A DNA stretch of 61,186 nt, counting the filler, from Jimgerdemannia flammicorona (taxonomy: Eukaryota): NCBI GenBank assembly GCA_003990765.1. It is 3 parts of 3 records of this genome, joined end to end, with 100 filler letters (N's around TTAATTAATTAA, not from the genome) between each part and the next. Parts side by side here need not be neighbours in the genome. Positions count along the whole stretch, not along the records: positions 1 to 20,331 come from RBNJ01001708.1; positions 20,432 to 40,759 come from RBNJ01001709.1; 1 more part is not named here. The stretch is one strand, 5' to 3'. The position numbers were made by a program, and so were the translations under genes. Within the stretch, counting starts at the first letter, position 1. Each line of letters begins with the position of its first letter. This document shows positions 11,111 to 24,455 of this stretch, piece by piece. Under the pieces are notes generated by a model that ran no database searches, had not been told where the DNA came from, and saw only the letters and a list, made by a program, of their open reading frames with translations.

Positions 11111-11324
11111 ATCCAATGGTAGTGATTTCAGTTGTAGGAGCTTTCCTTCTATTGGTTCTTCTTTGTGCCAGTTCATTGACACAAGAGAAGCAATCATCAA
11201 TCATTCGGGAAGAGTACATTCCAATACCATGAGGGCATCGGCCACTTGATATATATCCATCTTCGATCTTCTTGTAGAATTGTTCTTCTTTGCTCATGGT
11301 AGGTTGGGCTGGGGCCTCGTTTGA

Positions 11325-11730
11325 TGAGCCAAATCCTTTAGATCCTCAGATGGTGGGCAGTAGTTCAGGGACTTCCTTGACTGTCAGAGTTGACTTAATT
11401 TTTTCGAATAAGATCTGGGCAATACAGAAGCCAATAGGGATCTTAAAGGGTGTCTAACTGTGGTTTCGGATGAGGACAATGATTTCGCCTATATAATCTT
11501 CATCAATGACTCCTCCTTCTACTGAGAGTCCTTTCAGTGCTAGGCTGCTGTGACAGCATATTCTTCCAACATGTCCTTCAGGGATTTGGATACTGATTCC
11601 TGTGTAGACTTGTTTGACTTCTCAGTTGGAAACTGTAGCTTCTTTGGCTACATACAGATCATATCCAGCTGCTTTTTGACTTCCTTTGATTGGGGCCTTA
11701 GCAGTTTGTCTTAACTTGACAAAGTCTAGT
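11325..11730 (-). pseudogene. A1 dUTPase domain
   Basis: AAGYDL, VYTGI, GGVIDEDY.GEI, IAQ, GSKGFGSS. Confidence 0.9.
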
Positions 11731-11759
11731 GTTCTGGTGGTCAGGTTGTTGAGGTAGTG

Positions 11760-13600
11760 CAGAGTGGTGACAGTTGCTCGTATTGCTGTTTGGGGTTTTC
11801 GGTTAGGGCAGGCACTGGCCATATGTCCTGTCTTTTGGCAATAGAAGCATGCTCCGCTTCTTTGAAGTTCATTCCTTTCACCTTCAGTAAGTTTCTTGAA
11901 GGTACTTGGCTGGGTGGATTCATGATTTCTGGGTGTCTAAGAGGTGAATGTGGAGGGAGCTCAGGATGCTTCATGCTTGGGTTCTTCTTTCTTGGTCCAA
12001 GTCCTTTCCTTGTTATTAAATTGTCTTCAGGGCAGAATTGGTCCAGCTGTTAGGATTCGCTTGATCATGGTCTTGATTCTTGCCAGGCACCATTGTTGGT
12101 AATCACAACCAACTGGGTGGCCTTGTTCTCGGATTTTTCTAGTATGCCATTTGGGCAGGGCATTAAATAAATGGTCTGCTCTTGTACCATTTCATGCTTC
12201 ATCATTGGCAATGTATCCTAGGCCAACAGTATTCAGGAGTGACTTGAGTTTTGTACAGAAGGTTTCGAATTTTTCTTTACCATATATATCAAATTTGAGG
12301 TTGCAGAGTTTTACTCGAGATTCAGCAATCATAGTTTCACTACAGTATTGAGCAATCATGAGTTGTTTGAGTCCAGGGGCTGCAGGATGGGCTCCATATC
12401 CTGGGGCATTGTTTGCTGCATTCTGGGCAACTACTGTAGGTCAGGTATCCCATGTGAGGGGTTTTTCAGGAAGGGTTTGCCACCATTCTTCGGCAGGTTC
12501 TCAGAAGAATATAACAACTTGGCGGACATAGGCTGTAGTGATAGCAAAGAGTTGTTCCAGGGTGTGATCTTGATTGTTTATCAGAACATAGTCAGCAACT
12601 TGCTCATTGGTCCATTGATTGGCTTCAAAGTTAGTATCAACTACACTAATGAAGCTTTGGACTTCTTGTGCAGTACCATTGAAGGTAGGTAGGCTGAGAT
12701 TTTTGATAGGTCGGGTCTGTTCAGCTAAGGCAGTAATGGTTGCTGCCATTATAGCTACTTGGGCTGTGAGGTCTAGAATCTGTTGGTTCACCATGTTGTT
12801 TACTAGAGGTGCTTGGACTGCTGGTAGTGGTGTTACTGGTACTACTTGAGGTACTGGTGCAGAGTGTGATGGGGTTCTTTGGGTCTGTGTAAGTTGCTAG
12901 AGTAGTAGTTGTAAGTCTGGAGTGAGGGCTTGATAGATAACTGTTTGTTGCTGTGTAGGTGTATTCTGTCCTGATGGAGGTACTTCTCCTTCGGTAGTAT
13001 ATCTAGGATCGAATTCACTGAGATACTCCTCCTCTTCTTCAGTTTGGTCCCCATATAATTGGGTTTGCTTGGCGTCAAAGTAGACAGAATCAGTTGTATA
13101 TCTGATTTCAGATGAACTTAATTCAAAGTCAAGTTCTGGGTCGGTATTGGTTTCTGATTCAGGTAGGGCTGTAGCAGGGCCTGCTTCAGGTTCAGAGTCA
13201 GGTAGTTGGTGAAGAGTTTCTCTCACTTCTTCTTTGAGAATATGACAGGCCTTGCTATTCTGGAATCGGTAGTATAATGCAGTCTTGGTCCTGGTATGGT
13301 GAAAGTCGGTAGAGTTGAGTCACTTGGCTACAGAGGCTTAGGCTTTGTGAGGAACTAAGGCTAGAAAGACTGCTGCTGGTTGTCCTAGGTTGCTCGAATT
13401 TGTGGAGCTGACAAAACTCTTGTTGAGAAGAGTAAAGAAGGCTTCAATAAGACCTTCTTCATCGTGACTTGCTGGGTGTAGTGCAAGGAGTTCGGTGAAT
13501 AGAGTTTCACCTATTTGCTGGTTTAACTTGAGTACTTCTTTCTTTGAATGAAGTTTATCCCACTTGTTGCAGGTGTGGAGGTCAAATTGTTCTTGTACGT
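11760..13600 (-). pseudogene. A1 Gag with long N-terminal extension and CCHC knuckle
   Basis: LPTFNGT..EVQSF; CFYCQKTGHMASACP at ~11810-11855. Confidence 0.75.
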
Positions 13601-13755
13601 CAGGTTCAATTCTCTCCAGATTGTCAGATAGTTTGGATAAATTCCAGTTCAGAGGTTGGGCTTTATACCAACTTGTAGGAATTCGCAGAGGGGTTTGTAG
13701 TGAGGTGAGAAAGCATCTTGAAGCAGAATTGGATTGTAAACTGCTGCTACCAAGT

Positions 13756-15848
13756 TGTAAGAGGGTTGCTTTTTAGGGTAACTATTACGTAGTTCTGGAA
13801 AGGTTTTCTGGATATTCTGGATGTTCTGAAAGACTGTTTTCTTATGGTCAAGATCAATTTCATATAGAGTACATCCTCTATGCTTATTGATTTCAAGATC
13901 GGGTTGACATCTCAACCAAAGTCCTTTTTGGACTAGTTCTGGATGTTCAGGATTTTCCATATTTTAGGAAGTTCAAGAAACTAAGACCAGCTTAGTTGAA
14001 TTGGTATATTGCTGCAGACAATACCCAATTAGGAAATTTCGTGATGGAGTTAGGGATGGGACCTAACAGAGAGTAGATTTACTTAAGAGTGGTTTATAGG
14101 TTATGAAATAGGTTTATTTACTATTCATGATATTGCTATACTAGGAGTAGTTGTGTGAAGGGATATTTATGGGGAAGTATTCAGGAATGTTCTTGTGTAT
14201 TTGAGTCTGAGATTCTGAGGTTTGGGGGAGGGGGTATTTATACTAGTGAGGGGCTGTCTGGACTATGCTAGATATGGATGTAGTACTAAGTACTTTGCTG
14301 AGTCAAAATGCAGTCATGTAGTACAAGTGTGATCTGACATGTCAAGAGATTGTCTGAGTGCTGAGTCAGTTCACAGTCACATTGTACAAGGCTAATCTAA
14401 CTATACTATGACTGCTAGGCTATTTATGGGTTTAGGCACTGTCTGGGTAGTCCTCGATGATATCACCATCGATTGCATTATCTCTGATGAAGTAGTCATC
14501 TAGGAATAATGGTTCGCGGATTACTTCTTCTTGTTTGCTGAGGTAGTAATACATTGGGACTTCATCTCTATCCTACAGGATAGCATCATTGGTCTCATAT
14601 GCTGGATAAGGTATTGGTGGGCGAAAGAGGGGTACATCACCTTTACTTTCATCAGATTCGCTATCTGCATACCTTCTGTAGGTTACAGCACTATGAGTCG
14701 CAGGATTGTAATAAGCTGGCAGCTGTGGTTCATGTCGCTCATACTTAGGTGGTGGGGTGGTTGGTTTGATCTCAAGGGTTGTCTGGAGGTACAGGTTGTG
14801 TTCTCCGGTCTCTTCATTGTAGTTGAAGTAATCAGGGGTGAATGCGGATTAGTATTCATACCAGTGGTCATTATCCCAATAAGTCTCGTATGTAGTTATG
14901 AACTGTTGTAAGTTTATTGGTAAGGTTGGCAGAGTGATTAGGGTCGGCAGAGATCCTTGGCTAGAGGTCATGTCAGCATCAGAGGGATCATTGTCTTCTA
15001 CTTCATCTTCATCAAAGTAGATTATATCATAGATGTCCTTCATGGCATATCTAACTTGGGGCATTTGCAGGATATGATCATTGGAGTGGGGGAAAGTTCT
15101 GTCTGTGGTTTCAATATACTCGAGATACTTGTGGTTGAGTTCTTATATCATATCATTGATTTGGCCATAGGACAGAGTAGCAACCATTTCAGATGTAGTA
15201 ACTCAGAGGTGGGGAATAATGGTGCTATACTTGTAGAAGAGTTCTCGATATTTGCAGGCGATGAGCTTCTGGTGTTGAGACATCTGGGTAATGTCTGTAT
15301 CATGGTGGTGTTTGACCATGTCTTCTAGGAGACAGCCGATCTGGTAGTAGCTTGAGATTTGTCCGATTTGGTGGGCCTTGCTAAGCATGTCCAGAGCATT
15401 CCATCAGGCTTCTACGAAGTAGAGGAGTACTAGGCTATGGATATTCATGAGGGGCAGAGGGGGTGTAGCTCGGTTGACAATAGCATTCCAAATGTCAGCA
15501 CAGATACGGTTGTAGATTTCAGTGGTTATATTTGTGTGTTTGGAAGTTGTAGTTATTGTTTGTTTTGGTTCTCTGATTTGACACATCTTGGTGCTCAGTA
15601 TATATGCATTTAGTCCTGATTGGTAAGATTCTGTTTGTGTAAATCTTGTGTTCCGTAACTTCATATTGACTCAGCTTTGTGTGCTGTGACTTCGGTTTGA
15701 CTCAGCTTCATGATTGAGCAGATGATTTCCAGGTTTGTTCAGAGGTCACGTGTGATTTCAGTGGCTTGTTCAGAGGTCATGTGTGATTTCAGTGGCTTGT
15801 TCAGAGGGTGTTATATAATTTTGGTGGCTTGGAGGTTGTGTGCTTATA
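13756..15848 (-). repeat. A1 5' LTR (~2.09 kb)
   Basis: Adjacent to the PBS; collinear with 7118-9179. Confidence 0.92.
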
Positions 15849-18800
15849 TATAGCAATTTGGGTTCCAAGGGTCTTGAAGAGTGCTTGCCAGAAGTGGCTT
15901 ATGAACTTGGGGTCGCAGTTGCTGATAATTACTTGGGGAAGTCTATAATGGTGGAAGACAGTCTTGAAGAAGATTCTTGCAATTTCTGGGGCAGTGGCAT
16001 TGGTTGTGGTTGGCTCAGCAATTGTAATCTTGGTGAGACAGTCCACAAATACAGCAATAGCATTATAGCCTGTTTTGGTTCATGGAAGTTGCACAATGAA
16101 GTCCATTGTAACTTGTTCGAACTTCTTGGTTGGAATTGACAAGGGTTGTAGAAGACTGGCAGGTGCTTGGTTGCTTGACTTATTTCTTTGGTAAAGATCG
16201 CAGCTTTGGACATACTCCTTGATTTCCTTGAGCATGCTTGGCCAGTAGTAATCTTGTTGGATATTCTTGATGGTCTTCTCAGTTCCAAGATGACCAGCTA
16301 ATGGGGAGTCATGATGTTCATGAAGAATCTTGTACTATAGTTCAGGGTTGGCAGGAATATATACTTTGTCTTGATAGTACATGAGGTTGTTCTTGATAGT
16401 GTACTTTTCCTTGAATTCCTTAGTGTTCCTTTGTAGAACCAGAGAGTCTTGTTTATATGCCTTCTTGATCTGGTTGAGGAATTTAGGTACCATGGTGACT
16501 TGTAAAATCATAGCAAGATCAGGTCTTTGTGAAAGTACATCTGGTATAACTAGAGTTTTGCCCAGCTTGTAGATGATGTTTGGGATAAAGGTCTGAAGTA
16601 GTTGACTCCACTTGGCTTGTTGACAAGAGAGGGTTGGTTGAGTGTTGATGTACTGAAGGGACCTGTGATCAGTGATCATATCAAACTCAACTTCTTTTAG
16701 GTAGTGTCACCAGGTCTTGAGGGCATATATGATTGCCAAGAGTTCCTTTTCATGAGTAGCCAGCTTTTGTTCTGCTGTGGACAATTTTCTTAACTCAAAG
16801 GCAATAGGTCGGTGTCTTTGACCATTATCTTGAGAAATAACTGCACTAATGGCAAAGTTAGATGCATCTGTAGTGACTGTGAACTTCAAGTTTGGGTCCA
16901 TATTTCTAAGGACAGGTGCATGGGTCAGGCAGTTCTTGAGTTCTTGAAAAGCTTGTTGATAGAAAGCATCCCAAATGTAGGGGACATAGAGGTCAGAGTT
17001 AGGTTCCTTTTGCAGGAGATTTGTCAAAGATTCTGTGATACCAGAGAAGTTCTTGACAAATCGATGATAGTATTCAGCTAGACCAAGGAAGAACCTGAGT
17101 TCAGTGAGGTTTGCTGGTACAGGCCACTGTTCAATGGCTTGTATTTTCCTTGGGTTTACTTGAATTCCTTTGGCTGATACAATGTGTCCAAGGTATTTGA
17201 CTTGATCCTTGAAAAATTCACATTTCTTGAGCTTTGCATAGAGCTTGTTCTCATGGAGGATCTTGAGGACTTGTTCAATGTGCTTGAGATGTTCTTCCTC
17301 AGTGCTACTGAAGATCAGGATGTCATCAATGTATATAAGTACAAAGATATAGAGCTGATCCTTGAAGACAGTTTGCATGAGATCTTGAAAGATTACTGGT
17401 GTATTGGTGAGATCAAAGGCCATGACTAGAAATTCATAGAGTCTAAAGGGTGTCATGAAGGCAGTCTTGGGTATGTCTTCTGGCTTGATTCGAATTTGGT
17501 GATACCCAGAGGTGAGATCAATCTTGGTGAAGTACTTTGCATTCTTGAGAGCATCAAAGATTTGATCTATGAGTGGTAGTAGGTAATAGTTCTTGACTGT
17601 GATCTTGTTGAGTACTCAGTAGTCTATGTACATTCGCAGAGTATCATTCTTTTTCTTGACAAATAGGACTGGGGAGCCAAAGGGTGACTTGCTTGGCTGA
17701 ATGGCTCCTCACTTGATGAGTTTATTGAGTTCCTTCTTGACTGCTTCAATTTTGAGTGGAGACATGCAGTACATTTTCTTCTTAGGTATAGCTGCATCAG
17801 GTACTAACTTGATTTCGTGGTCATGGTCTCTTGAGGGTGGTAGGCCAGGTAGTTTGTCCAGAAAGACATCCTTGTATTTATTCAGCAGTAACTTGATACT
17901 TTCACTAATTGATAGCTTCTTATCCTCTTTCTTTGGTCGGATCAGTGCTACAAAGGCATAGGTAGCTTTCTTGAGGGCCTTCTTGAACTGAATTGCCAAA
18001 AGAGTAGCAATTGGGGTTCTCGTCTGAGTCTTGTCTGGCTTGATGGTAATATTGGCTCTATCCTAGATCAAGGTGACTTCATTCTTGGTCCAATCAATCT
18101 AAGGGTTATGTCATATAAGCCAGGGTTTGCCTAGGATCAGGTCATGGTCTCTTAGTGGTACTACCTCAAAATCTAAACATTCCCAGTACTTCTGGATTTT
18201 GAGGAAAAGTTTAGCAGCAATTGAGTCAATTGGTAAGGTAGTGCCATCTGCAGTGACAACTCTACCATTCTTACTAGCTAGTTTAGTGAAAATCTTGAAG
18301 GTTCTTGTTGATGAAGTTCCCAACAGCTCTGCTGTCTATGAGAACATCTAGTTCTTGTCCCTTGACTAGACCTTTTGAAAATGAGTATTGAATTGGCTCA
18401 GTTTTTGACTATGCTTGAAACTTTATCAGTGCTACTAAAGCCTTTCTGATCTTAATTAGTTGAAGATAGCTTAGTGACTTCTTTGATGACTGGTAGGGTG
18501 GCTCGCTCCAGAATGAGCTGTGCAATTCTGTCACCTTCATTGACAGTGTATAGTTGGTTCTTGTGATTGACTAGCAGAACTTGCATTTCGCCTTGGAAGT
18601 CAGGGTCAATGACTTCAGCACCAATATCCAATGAGTGCTTGAAACTAAGGCCAGATCTTGGTGCAATCCTTGCATAATATTCCTTGGGGATTTCAACTGA
18701 AAGGCCAGTTAGAATGAGCCTTCTTTCATGTGCTGAAATAGTGACTTGTTGTACTGCTTGAAGGTCCAAACCAATGGCTCCTTCTGACTATGCTTGAGGG

Positions 18801-20155
18801 ATCTGGGCCTTGGGGTTGACTCACATGAAATTGAGTACAACTTCTTGTTCAACTGGTTGACCTTGAGTGTCTTTGGACAGGACCAGGATCCTCTTTGGTT
18901 TGGCAGTTTTCTTGGGTCATTTGGTTGCAATGTGATCAGGCTGATGGCAAAAGAAGTAGGCTCTAGCCTTCTTGAGATACTTCTTTTCCTTAGGTGTAAG
19001 CTTGCCTTTCTTGCTCTTATCAATGGTATCTAGGTCCATGGGGGCAGGTCCAACAGTTCTGACTTTGGGTTCCTCCCTTCTATAGTTGTTGTTGTTGTTG
19101 AAAGATAGTCTCTTCTGTTCAAAGTAGTGACCATAGGTGATGACATTAAACCTATCAGCAATCTTCATCACTGTATCTAGGTCCTTGGGTTCTTCTAGTT
19201 CAATATGAACTTGGGTTTGACCTTTCAGGCCTTAGATGTACTTGTTGACCTTCTCGTCTTCAGTGACATATGGTAGTTCAAGCAGAATTGACAGGAATTG
19301 TACATTGTATGCTTGCACAGACTTGAGTTGTTTGACATTTGCCAGATGGTCTTGTGCAGTCTTAGTGCTGTTGACTGGTTTGAATTAGCCTTGAATAGCA
19401 TCAGTAAATTCGCCCCAGGTCTTGATTCGGTCAGAGAATCTGGTATTTTGGACATGATTTCGCCACCAGATTGCAGCATTCTCTCAGAGGAGTGTGGCAG
19501 TGAATTGGACTAGTGTTGCTTCTTCTAAATTGATCAGTTCTCTATATTGCTCTAATTGGAAAAGCCAGGCGTCGGTAGACAGTCCTCCTCTTTGACCATC
19601 AAAGGTGTCAGGCTTCTGAGGCTTGATAGTGACTGCTGTTAGATATATTGATATCAGTAGAGATACAGAGGTATGAGCAGAGGCCTTGCTTTCCTTTCTT
19701 TCTATGCATTCTTGAAGTTGGGCAATCTGAGCTAATGTGGTCTGCAAGAGACTCTTGATGACCCCATTTGACTGAGTAGGGTTTTGCTGTTCCTCTTCTT
19801 CTTGCTGATTATATGAGGCATTGCTTGGACTATAGGTACTATATGAAGGGTTCCACCTGTTGTCCTCCATAGTATTGTGACTGATATATTGAGATGTGTC
19901 TTGATAAGGCTAGGTGTAACTTCACTGCTGCTACCAAGTATAATGATTCTAGTTTCTAAATGAGGAAGCGACTAGTTCTGATAGTCCTAAGTAGCTCAAA
20001 GAGATACTAAGGATTCAAGTGTTCTCGAAAGATTTCTGAGAGAAAATATTCTGAGACTTTATTCATGAGAACAAAGGAGATATTTATACAAGATCTGAAA
20101 GAAGAATCTGGAAGGATCTGAGAAATCAAAGGAAAATACCAAGAGGAAAGTTCTC
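15849..20155 (-). mobile_element. Ty3/gypsy family B, copy B1 (partial 5' LTR, gag, dUTPase, PR, RT, RNase H, truncated integrase)
   Basis: PBS next to LTR end at 19939; KPDTFDG, PAPMDLD; dUTPase RIAPRSGL/VIDPDFQGE/GDRIAQLI (18452-18769); YIDD, TDAS, EKELLAII; integrase D.LTK...DPKF. Confidence 0.9.
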
Positions 20156-20625
20156 TTTTTTTTTTTTTTTATAGTCACTTGGACTGCCCTTTATTACCGA
20201 TCTAATCTATATAATTACAACAAACCCACCCCCTATCCAATCCCCCTAGGGGGGCCCTCCCCCCCTACCCCTTCCCTGTGAAAGACCACTTTGTCGAACA
20301 CTATCCCCACCCTTCCACCACTCTGCTCACANNNNNNNNNNNNNNNNNNNNNNNNNNNNNNNNNNNNNNNNNNNNTTAATTAATTAANNNNNNNNNNNNN
20401 NNNNNNNNNNNNNNNNNNNNNNNNNNNNNNNCCATCCCTAGGCCATAACCCCTTCCCACTTGCTGCCAGCCGAAAGCCCCAGCTCCCCCCGACCCAGTAC
20501 GCCCGTCGGAACTCTTGCTTGAAGACATATTGCTAGTACCTTTACTCCTAGTTGTGTCAAGAACTGTTGCTTGAAGTTTTGTGTAACGTGAATTGTACAG
20601 GAGAAAGGGGCCGCGGGCAACTTGA
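20156..20625 (-). mobile_element. Probable 3' end of a poly(A) non-LTR element, split by a scaffold gap
   Basis: Poly(T) 20156-20170 interrupts the B1 LTR; GC-rich, CpG-retaining sequence unlike its flanks. Confidence 0.4.
20332..20431. other. Assembly spacer
   Basis: N44-TTAATTAATTAA-N44. Confidence 0.97.
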
Positions 20626-21343
20626 TCGATAGTGATGTCATTGAGGACTACCCAGACAGCACCTAAACCCATAAATAGCCTAGCAGTCATAGTATAGTTA
20701 GATTAGCCTGGTATGATATGACTGTGAACTGACTCAGCAGTCAGATGATCTCTTGACATGTCAGATCACACTTGTACTATGTAACTGTATTCCGACTCAG
20801 TAAGGTACTTAGTACTATATCCATATCTAGTATAGTCCAGATAGCCCCTCACTAGTATAAATACCCCCTTCCCCAGACCTCAGAATCTTAGACTCAAATA
20901 CACAAGAACATTTCTGAATACTTTCCCACAATATCCCTTCACACAACCAACTCCTAGTATAGTAATATCATGAATAGCAAATAAACCTATTTAATAACCT
21001 ACAAACCACTCTTAAGTAAATCCACTCCCTGTTAGGTCCCACTCCTAACCCCATCATGAAATTTCCTAATTGGATATTGTCTGCAGTGATACGCCAATTC
21101 AACTAAGCTGGTCTTAGTTTCTTGAACTTTCTGAAATATGGAAAATCCTGAACATCCAGAACTAGTCTGAAAAAGGACTTTGGTTGAGATGTCAACCTGA
21201 TCTTGAAATCAATAAGTGTAGAGGACATACTCCATATGAAATTGATCTTGACCATAAGAAAACAGTCTTCCAGAATATCCAGAACTTCCAGAAAACTCTT
21301 CCAGAACTACATAATGGTTACCATAAAAAGCAACCCTCTTACA
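20626..21343 (+). repeat. Partial family A LTR
   Basis: Matches 33580-34298; ends CTCTTACA. Confidence 0.9.
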
Positions 21344-22020
21344 AAGAGGGCTACTTATTAAAGTACTGTTATATAGTTTTGAAAGAGTTTTCTAAAAGTT
21401 CTAAATATTTTAGAAGACTATTTTCTTTAAGATTAAGATCAATTTCATATAGAGTATATTCTTTATACTTATTGATTTCAAAATTAGATTGATATCTCAA
21501 CCAAAGTCCCTTTTTAGACTTGTTCTAAATGTTTAAGAGGTTCTATATTTTATAAAGTTTAAGAAACTAAGACCAGCTTAGTTGAATTCATATATTACTA
21601 TAGATAATATCTAATTAGGAAATTTCAGAATTTAGTTAAGAGTGAGATCTAACAGAGTGTAGATTTACTTAAGAGTGGTTTATAGATTATTAAATAGATT
21701 TATTCACTATTTATGATATTGCTATACTAAGAGTAGTGTATGAGGGGATATTTATATAGAGAAGTATTCTTGACTATATACTTATTTGTATTTCTGTTTA
21801 GATTTCTGAGATCTGAGAGAATAGATATTTATACTAATAGGAGGCTATCTAGACTATTCTAAATATAGATATATATTGTACTTAGTACTTTGATGAGTCA
21901 GAATATAGTCATATAGTATAAGTATAAACTGATATATCAAGAGATTATCTAACTGATGAGTTAGTATACAGTTATATAGTATAAGGCTAATCTAACTATA
22001 CTAATGACTATTAAGCCATT

Positions 22021-23187
22021 GCATCTTTCTCTATTACCTTACCAGTCACAATGGTTTGATAGGCAATCTTCTGAGTTCACTTTCCATATTTGTTACCCTC
22101 TCTATCTCAAGTTGGTTTGCTGTATCTATTGCAGGGCAGTGGGAGAGAGGTAATGGTTATAAGTTGCCTCTTTATTGGTATCAGATCAGTGTCTTATCTA
22201 CTTTTTCATAGTTTCTGGTACCTTCAGCTGCATCTAGAGTGTATTTATTTTGATATAGTACTTTTTTCCTTTTGCTATCACCAACAAGGTGCTGTCTTGG
22301 TGTGTCTTGGGCTATATAGGGAGTCAGCTGACCTTGGGCATCAAGTGCTCAGTATAGGTTACCTGCAGGTTCTTGGTGCCTATGGTAGGGCCCTCTGGCT
22401 TTGGTGAGCTTCCCAGTGAGCATGGTTCTGGTATAGGTGACTGTTTTTTGGGTGTTATTGGGATGGGAGAGGAGATGGCTATCACAGATAGAAAAAAAGA
22501 TAATTATGGTGAACCAGTAGAGTACCAGGCTGGGGGTAGTTGTCAGGGCTGAGGCAGGTGCTACTTCAGTGGGGTCTTTTGATTGGTGCAGTACAGTTAG
22601 ATAGTAAGTGTCACTCTTGGCTTCTTTTGGCAATTTGGCGAGTTGGGTCCTGATCATTAGGAGGGGTTGAGGGGCCCAAGGCTATCTATTTCAGACATCT
22701 TGGCTACACTCAACTAGAATCAGAAGCTGACATGGTAATGTGATTGAGGCCTGTAGGCTTGAGTAGTAAGATATTGGGAGTCTCCTCCCATCTCATGTAT
22801 AAGTCCTATACTCATTTTGACTGGGAGAACCAGACCCTATCCACTATGTTATACTTTGATGAAGGTTTTTCTTTGCCTATCATTCTCTTTAGAGTAGCAG
22901 GGGCTATTCTATTTAGCTCAGGTATGGCCTTGTACATATATTGGGTTCTTGGGTATGTGCTTTCAGTTATTAGCATATGGCTGGATTTCCCCTGGTGGTA
23001 GAAAGAGCATGGTGCACAGATTGAGGTGCAGGCCAATATAGGCCCTGCTATACCTGGTATAGTCGAGCTGCTAGACAATAGCTAGCCTAGGTTAATGGAG
23101 GAGCAGTGCTTGATGGGTGGTGGAGGAGGGTTTTGGCCTATATAGTCTAGGCTCTCTTCTAATAGAAATCTGCAGAACATTGAGTCC

Positions 23188-23256
<69 letters not shown>
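22021..23256 (+). mobile_element. ~1.2-kb poly(A) retroposon, copy 1
   Basis: Poly(A) 23191-23258; ~18-bp TSD AATGACTATTAAGCCATT (22003-22020) / AATAACTATTAAGCTATT (23257-23274). Confidence 0.88.
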
Positions 23257-23260
<4 letters not shown>

Positions 23261-24455
23261 ACTATTAAGCTATTTATAGATTTAGATACTGTCTAGATAT
23301 TCTTTAATAAGGTCACCATCAATAACATTATCTCTGATAAAGTAGTCATCTAGGAAGAGTAATTCTTAGATTATATCTCTTTATTTATTTATATAATAGT
23401 AGATTGAAACTATATTATTATCACACAGGATGATATTATCTGTTTTATATATTGAGTATAATATTAGTAGATAAAGGAGAGATATATTATCTTCACTTTC
23501 ATCAGATTCACTATCAATATACCTTTGATAGATTATAGTATTACATATATATTACAGAGTTATAGTATACTGATAGCTATAGTTTATTTTATTTATACTT
23601 AAGAGATAGAGTTGTTGGTTCAATCTCAAGAGTTGTCTGGAGATATAGGTTATATTCTCTAGTCTCTTCATTATAGTTGAAGTAATCAGATATGAATGCA
23701 AGTTAGTACTTATATTAGTAGTCATTATTTCAATAGATCTTATAGATAGTTATAAACTATTATAAGTTTATTAGTAAGATTGGTAAGGTGATTAGAGTTG
23801 ACAGAGATCCTTGGCTGAAGATTATGTTAGTACATATTAGAGAGATCATTATCTTCTACTTTATTATTATTAAACTAGATTATATTGTAGACATCTTTTA
23901 TAATATATCTAATTTGGGATATTTGTAGAATATAGTTACCAGAGTATAGGAAGGGTCTGTCTGTAGTTTGGGTATACTCAATATACTTGTGATTGAGTTC
24001 TTATATCATATCATCAATTTGGCTATAGGACAGAGTGATAACTATTTCAGTAGTAGTAACTCAGAGGTAGAAAATAAAGATACTATACTTATAGAAGAGT
24101 TTTCAGTATTTATGAGCAATGAGTTTCTAGTGTTGAGACATTTTGATAATATCTGTATCATAGTAGTGACTAATCATATCTTCTAAGAGGTAGCTGATCT
24201 GATAGTAGCTTGAGATTTGTTTAATTCAGTAGACTTCACTAAGTATATTCAGAACATTCCATTAAGCTTTTATAAAATAGAAGAGTACTAGACTATGGAT
24301 ATTTACAAGAGATAGAGGAGCTATAGCTTGATTGATAATGGTATTCTAAATGTCAGCATAGATATAGTTATAGATTTCAGTAGTCATATTTAGTATATAT
24401 TTAAGAATTATGATTATTTGTTTAGTTTGTTATAGTTTTCTATTTTGATGTACCT

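Larger units (their letters stand above)
7118..15848 (-). mobile_element. Ty3/gypsy chromovirus family A, copy A1; RNase H and integrase core deleted
   Basis: LTRs 7118-9179 and 13756-15848 (TGTAAG...CTTACA); PBS TGGTAGCAGCAG 13741-13752; PPT ~9180-9195; order gag-dUTPase-PR-RT-chromodomain. Confidence 0.92.

Noticed and set aside
20376..20387. TTAATTAATTAA palindrome between N runs (also 40804-40815)
   Set aside because: Artificial all-frame-stop spacer; adjacency across these gaps is unproven.
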